Shown here: one piece after another, positions 62,512 to 64,000 of the stretch
Layout of the letters: each line of letters opens with the position of its first letter
How positions within the stretch are numbered: position 1 is the first letter of the stretch
Source of the DNA: Nostoc sp.
GTDB taxonomy: Bacteria > Cyanobacteriota > Cyanobacteriia > Cyanobacteriales > Nostocaceae
Reading direction: 5' to 3'
Assembly (NCBI GenBank): GCA_036918135.1
Contig: JBALDB010000015.1
Span: 1 to 64,000, forward strand
Length of the DNA stretch: 64,000 nt
The notes under the pieces: model-generated
The model's database searches: none
What the model was told of the DNA's origin: nothing
The model's input: the letters and a program-made list of their open reading frames with translations, nothing else
Translations under genes and position numbers: made by a program

Positions 62512-62793
62512 CTGCAATCTGCACATCTTAACTTAACTTTCACTTTGCCAAGAGTAGGGGAGTAGTGTAAATTACAGTTAAAGCGATCGCTTTTAAACAA
62601 AACAGCGATCGCTTTTCATAATTCTTATATCCTGAGACTGGATTAAACGAAAAATACGCATAGTATGGAACGTGATAGAATCCATGATATTTTGACTGGA
62701 TCTAACCCAAATTTTTTAGCGATCTGTATGACTTTAAACAACAAATAATTGTTGTCGCAAAAATTTAAACATACAAAGAATATTTCTCAAAAA

Positions 62794-62866
62794 TGGAGCT
62801 AAGCGGATTCGAACCGCTGACCCCCTCAATGCCATTGAGGTGCTCTACCAACTGAGCTATAACCCC
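62794..62866 (-). tRNA. tRNA-Ala(GGC)
   Basis: Reverse complement GGGGTTATAGCTCAGTTGGTAGAGCACCTCAATGGCATTGAGGGGGTCAGCGGTTCGAATCCGCTTAGCTCCA forms a cloverleaf with anticodon GGC and G3:U70; CCA not encoded. Confidence 0.97.
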
Positions 62867-62959
62867 TTACAGTGCGTCATATACCTTAACCTATTTATCG
62901 CTGCTTTGTCAAGCTTTTGCTATGAGACTTAAATTATCTCTCATATTATTTAGCCCTTT

Positions 62960-63151
62960 CTAGGACACTTGCAACAAATAGGTCATACAGTGACCCATTA
63001 AAAAGTAGACTACTAACATAGCAGCAGCAGCCAAAGCAACCAATGTACCAGCCAGCATCAAAGAGAATTCCTTATTCTCGTAGGCTCTTTCCATGAGGTG
63101 CAGTGACCATGCTACTAGGGCGACATCAAAAAGTAAAATAGGAAGCAACAT
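62960..63151 (-). CDS. Small two-TM hypothetical protein
   Basis: 63-aa ORF with two hydrophobic helices, co-oriented with hisF. Confidence 0.6.
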   Translation of the reverse strand: MLLPILLFDVALVAWSLHLMERAYENKEFSLMLAGTLVALAAAAMLVVYFLMGHCMTYLLQVS

Positions 63152-63250
63152 ATTTATTAATATTTATTAATACATGTAAACCAATCTTAACATCCTTTTG
63201 ATTAAGTGTGTCTAACCTCAGATAGATGCGATGAATTTATAAACAATCAA

Positions 63251-64000
63251 TTAGGAACACAAGCGTACAGGTAAATGGCGATCGCACAAATAATTTTTGA
63301 TTTGGGCGACACTTAATTGACCGTAATGTAAGAGCGATGCCAATAGTGCTGCTTCAGCTTTGCCTTCGGTTAGGGCTTCGTATATATGTTGGCAATTACC
63401 CGCCCCGCCAGAAGCAATAACTGGAATTTCTACAGCTTCTGCGATTGCCCGTGTTAACTCTAGGTCATATCCAGCTTGGGTTCCATCAGCATCCATACTT
63501 GTAATTAGCAGTTCTCCGGCCCCCCGTTTTTCAACTTCTTGTGCCCACAGTAGGGCATCTAAGCCTGTATTTTCCCTGCCACCACGTACATATACATCCC
63601 AACCTGGATTTTTCGGGTTGACTCTGCGTCTAGCATCAATAGCAACAACTATGCATTGATTGCCAAAGCGATCGCTTGCCCGATTAATCAAGTCTGGTTC
63701 GCGTACTGCTGCAGAATTAATACTAACCTTATCTGCTCCAGCTCGTAACAAAGCTTTAACATTTTCTAAGGATTGGATACCGCCACCTACAGTCAATGGA
63801 ATGAAGACTTGTTCAGCAGTGCGGTAAACAACATCTAAGATAATACCTCGGTCTTCATGAGTGGCTGTAATATCCAGAAATACTAACTCATCAGCACCGG
63901 CTTGGTTGTAAACCTTTGCTAGTTCTACAGGATCGCCTGCATCTTGCAAGTTGACAAAATTAACTCCTTTTACAACCCGTCCCGCCTTCACATCTAAGCA
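63251..64000 (-). CDS. hisF: Imidazole glycerol phosphate synthase cyclase subunit (5' end outside the window)
   Basis: [36 protein letters not shown] and IASGGAG; the frame is open to the window edge. Confidence 0.97.
   Translation of the reverse strand, partial: CLDVKAGRVVKGVNFVNLQDAGDPVELAKVYNQAGADELVFLDITATHEDRGIILDVVYRTAEQVFIPLTVGGGIQSLENVKALLRAGADKVSINSAAVREPDLINRASDRFGNQCIVVAIDARRRVNPKNPGWDVYVRGGRENTGLDALLWAQEVEKRGAGELLITSMDADGTQAGYDLELTRAIAEAVEIPVIASGGAGNCQHIYEALTEGKAEAALLASLLHYGQLSVAQIKNYLCDRHLPVRLCS

Noticed and set aside
62794..62866. tRNA-Ala as an integration site for a genomic island
   Set aside because: No integrase and no duplicated tRNA 3' end were seen; the flanking genes are ordinary.
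2333..63659. Numerous 60-115 aa ORFs antisense to or overlapping well-supported genes
   Set aside because: Shadow ORFs with no motifs or independent RBS support.

Overview
Chromosomal window from a filamentous, probably heterocyst-forming cyanobacterium (Nostocales-like), judged from frequent HIP1 GCGATCGC octamers, STRR heptamer arrays and the ntcA-fabI-hisB-ABC-wza synteny. Housekeeping genes occupy both ends: pdxH, rpsU/rbp, cysQ, rsmI, hisB, fabI, ntcA, yqgF-like, tRNA-Ala(GGC) and hisF. A ~30 kb accessory surface-glycan region (12.4-41.7 kb) lies between rsmI and the conserved wza. It holds two GT-C membrane glycosyltransferases and a stand-alone two-module NRPS (A-T-C-A-T-TE) with unusual specificity pockets. 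Divergent from the NRPS is a Wzx/Wzy-type exopolysaccharide cluster (priming transferase, flippase, GT2, acyltransferase-3, polymerase/ligase, GT4, NDP-sugar dehydrogenase, GT4, Wzc), followed by an IS630 remnant and a beta-helix protein. The best candidate for a new system is this NRPS-in-EPS locus, which may make a peptide-decorated glycan. Other points: a 54-aa rubredoxin missed by the ORF track, DIF1-like TCCGGA motifs upstream of wza and the EPS operon, a signal-peptide EndoU nuclease, a SPINDLY-like GT41, several composite MITE/REP-like mini-elements and a 115-bp tandem duplication at the window start. All calls come from reading motifs by eye; no database searches were run.
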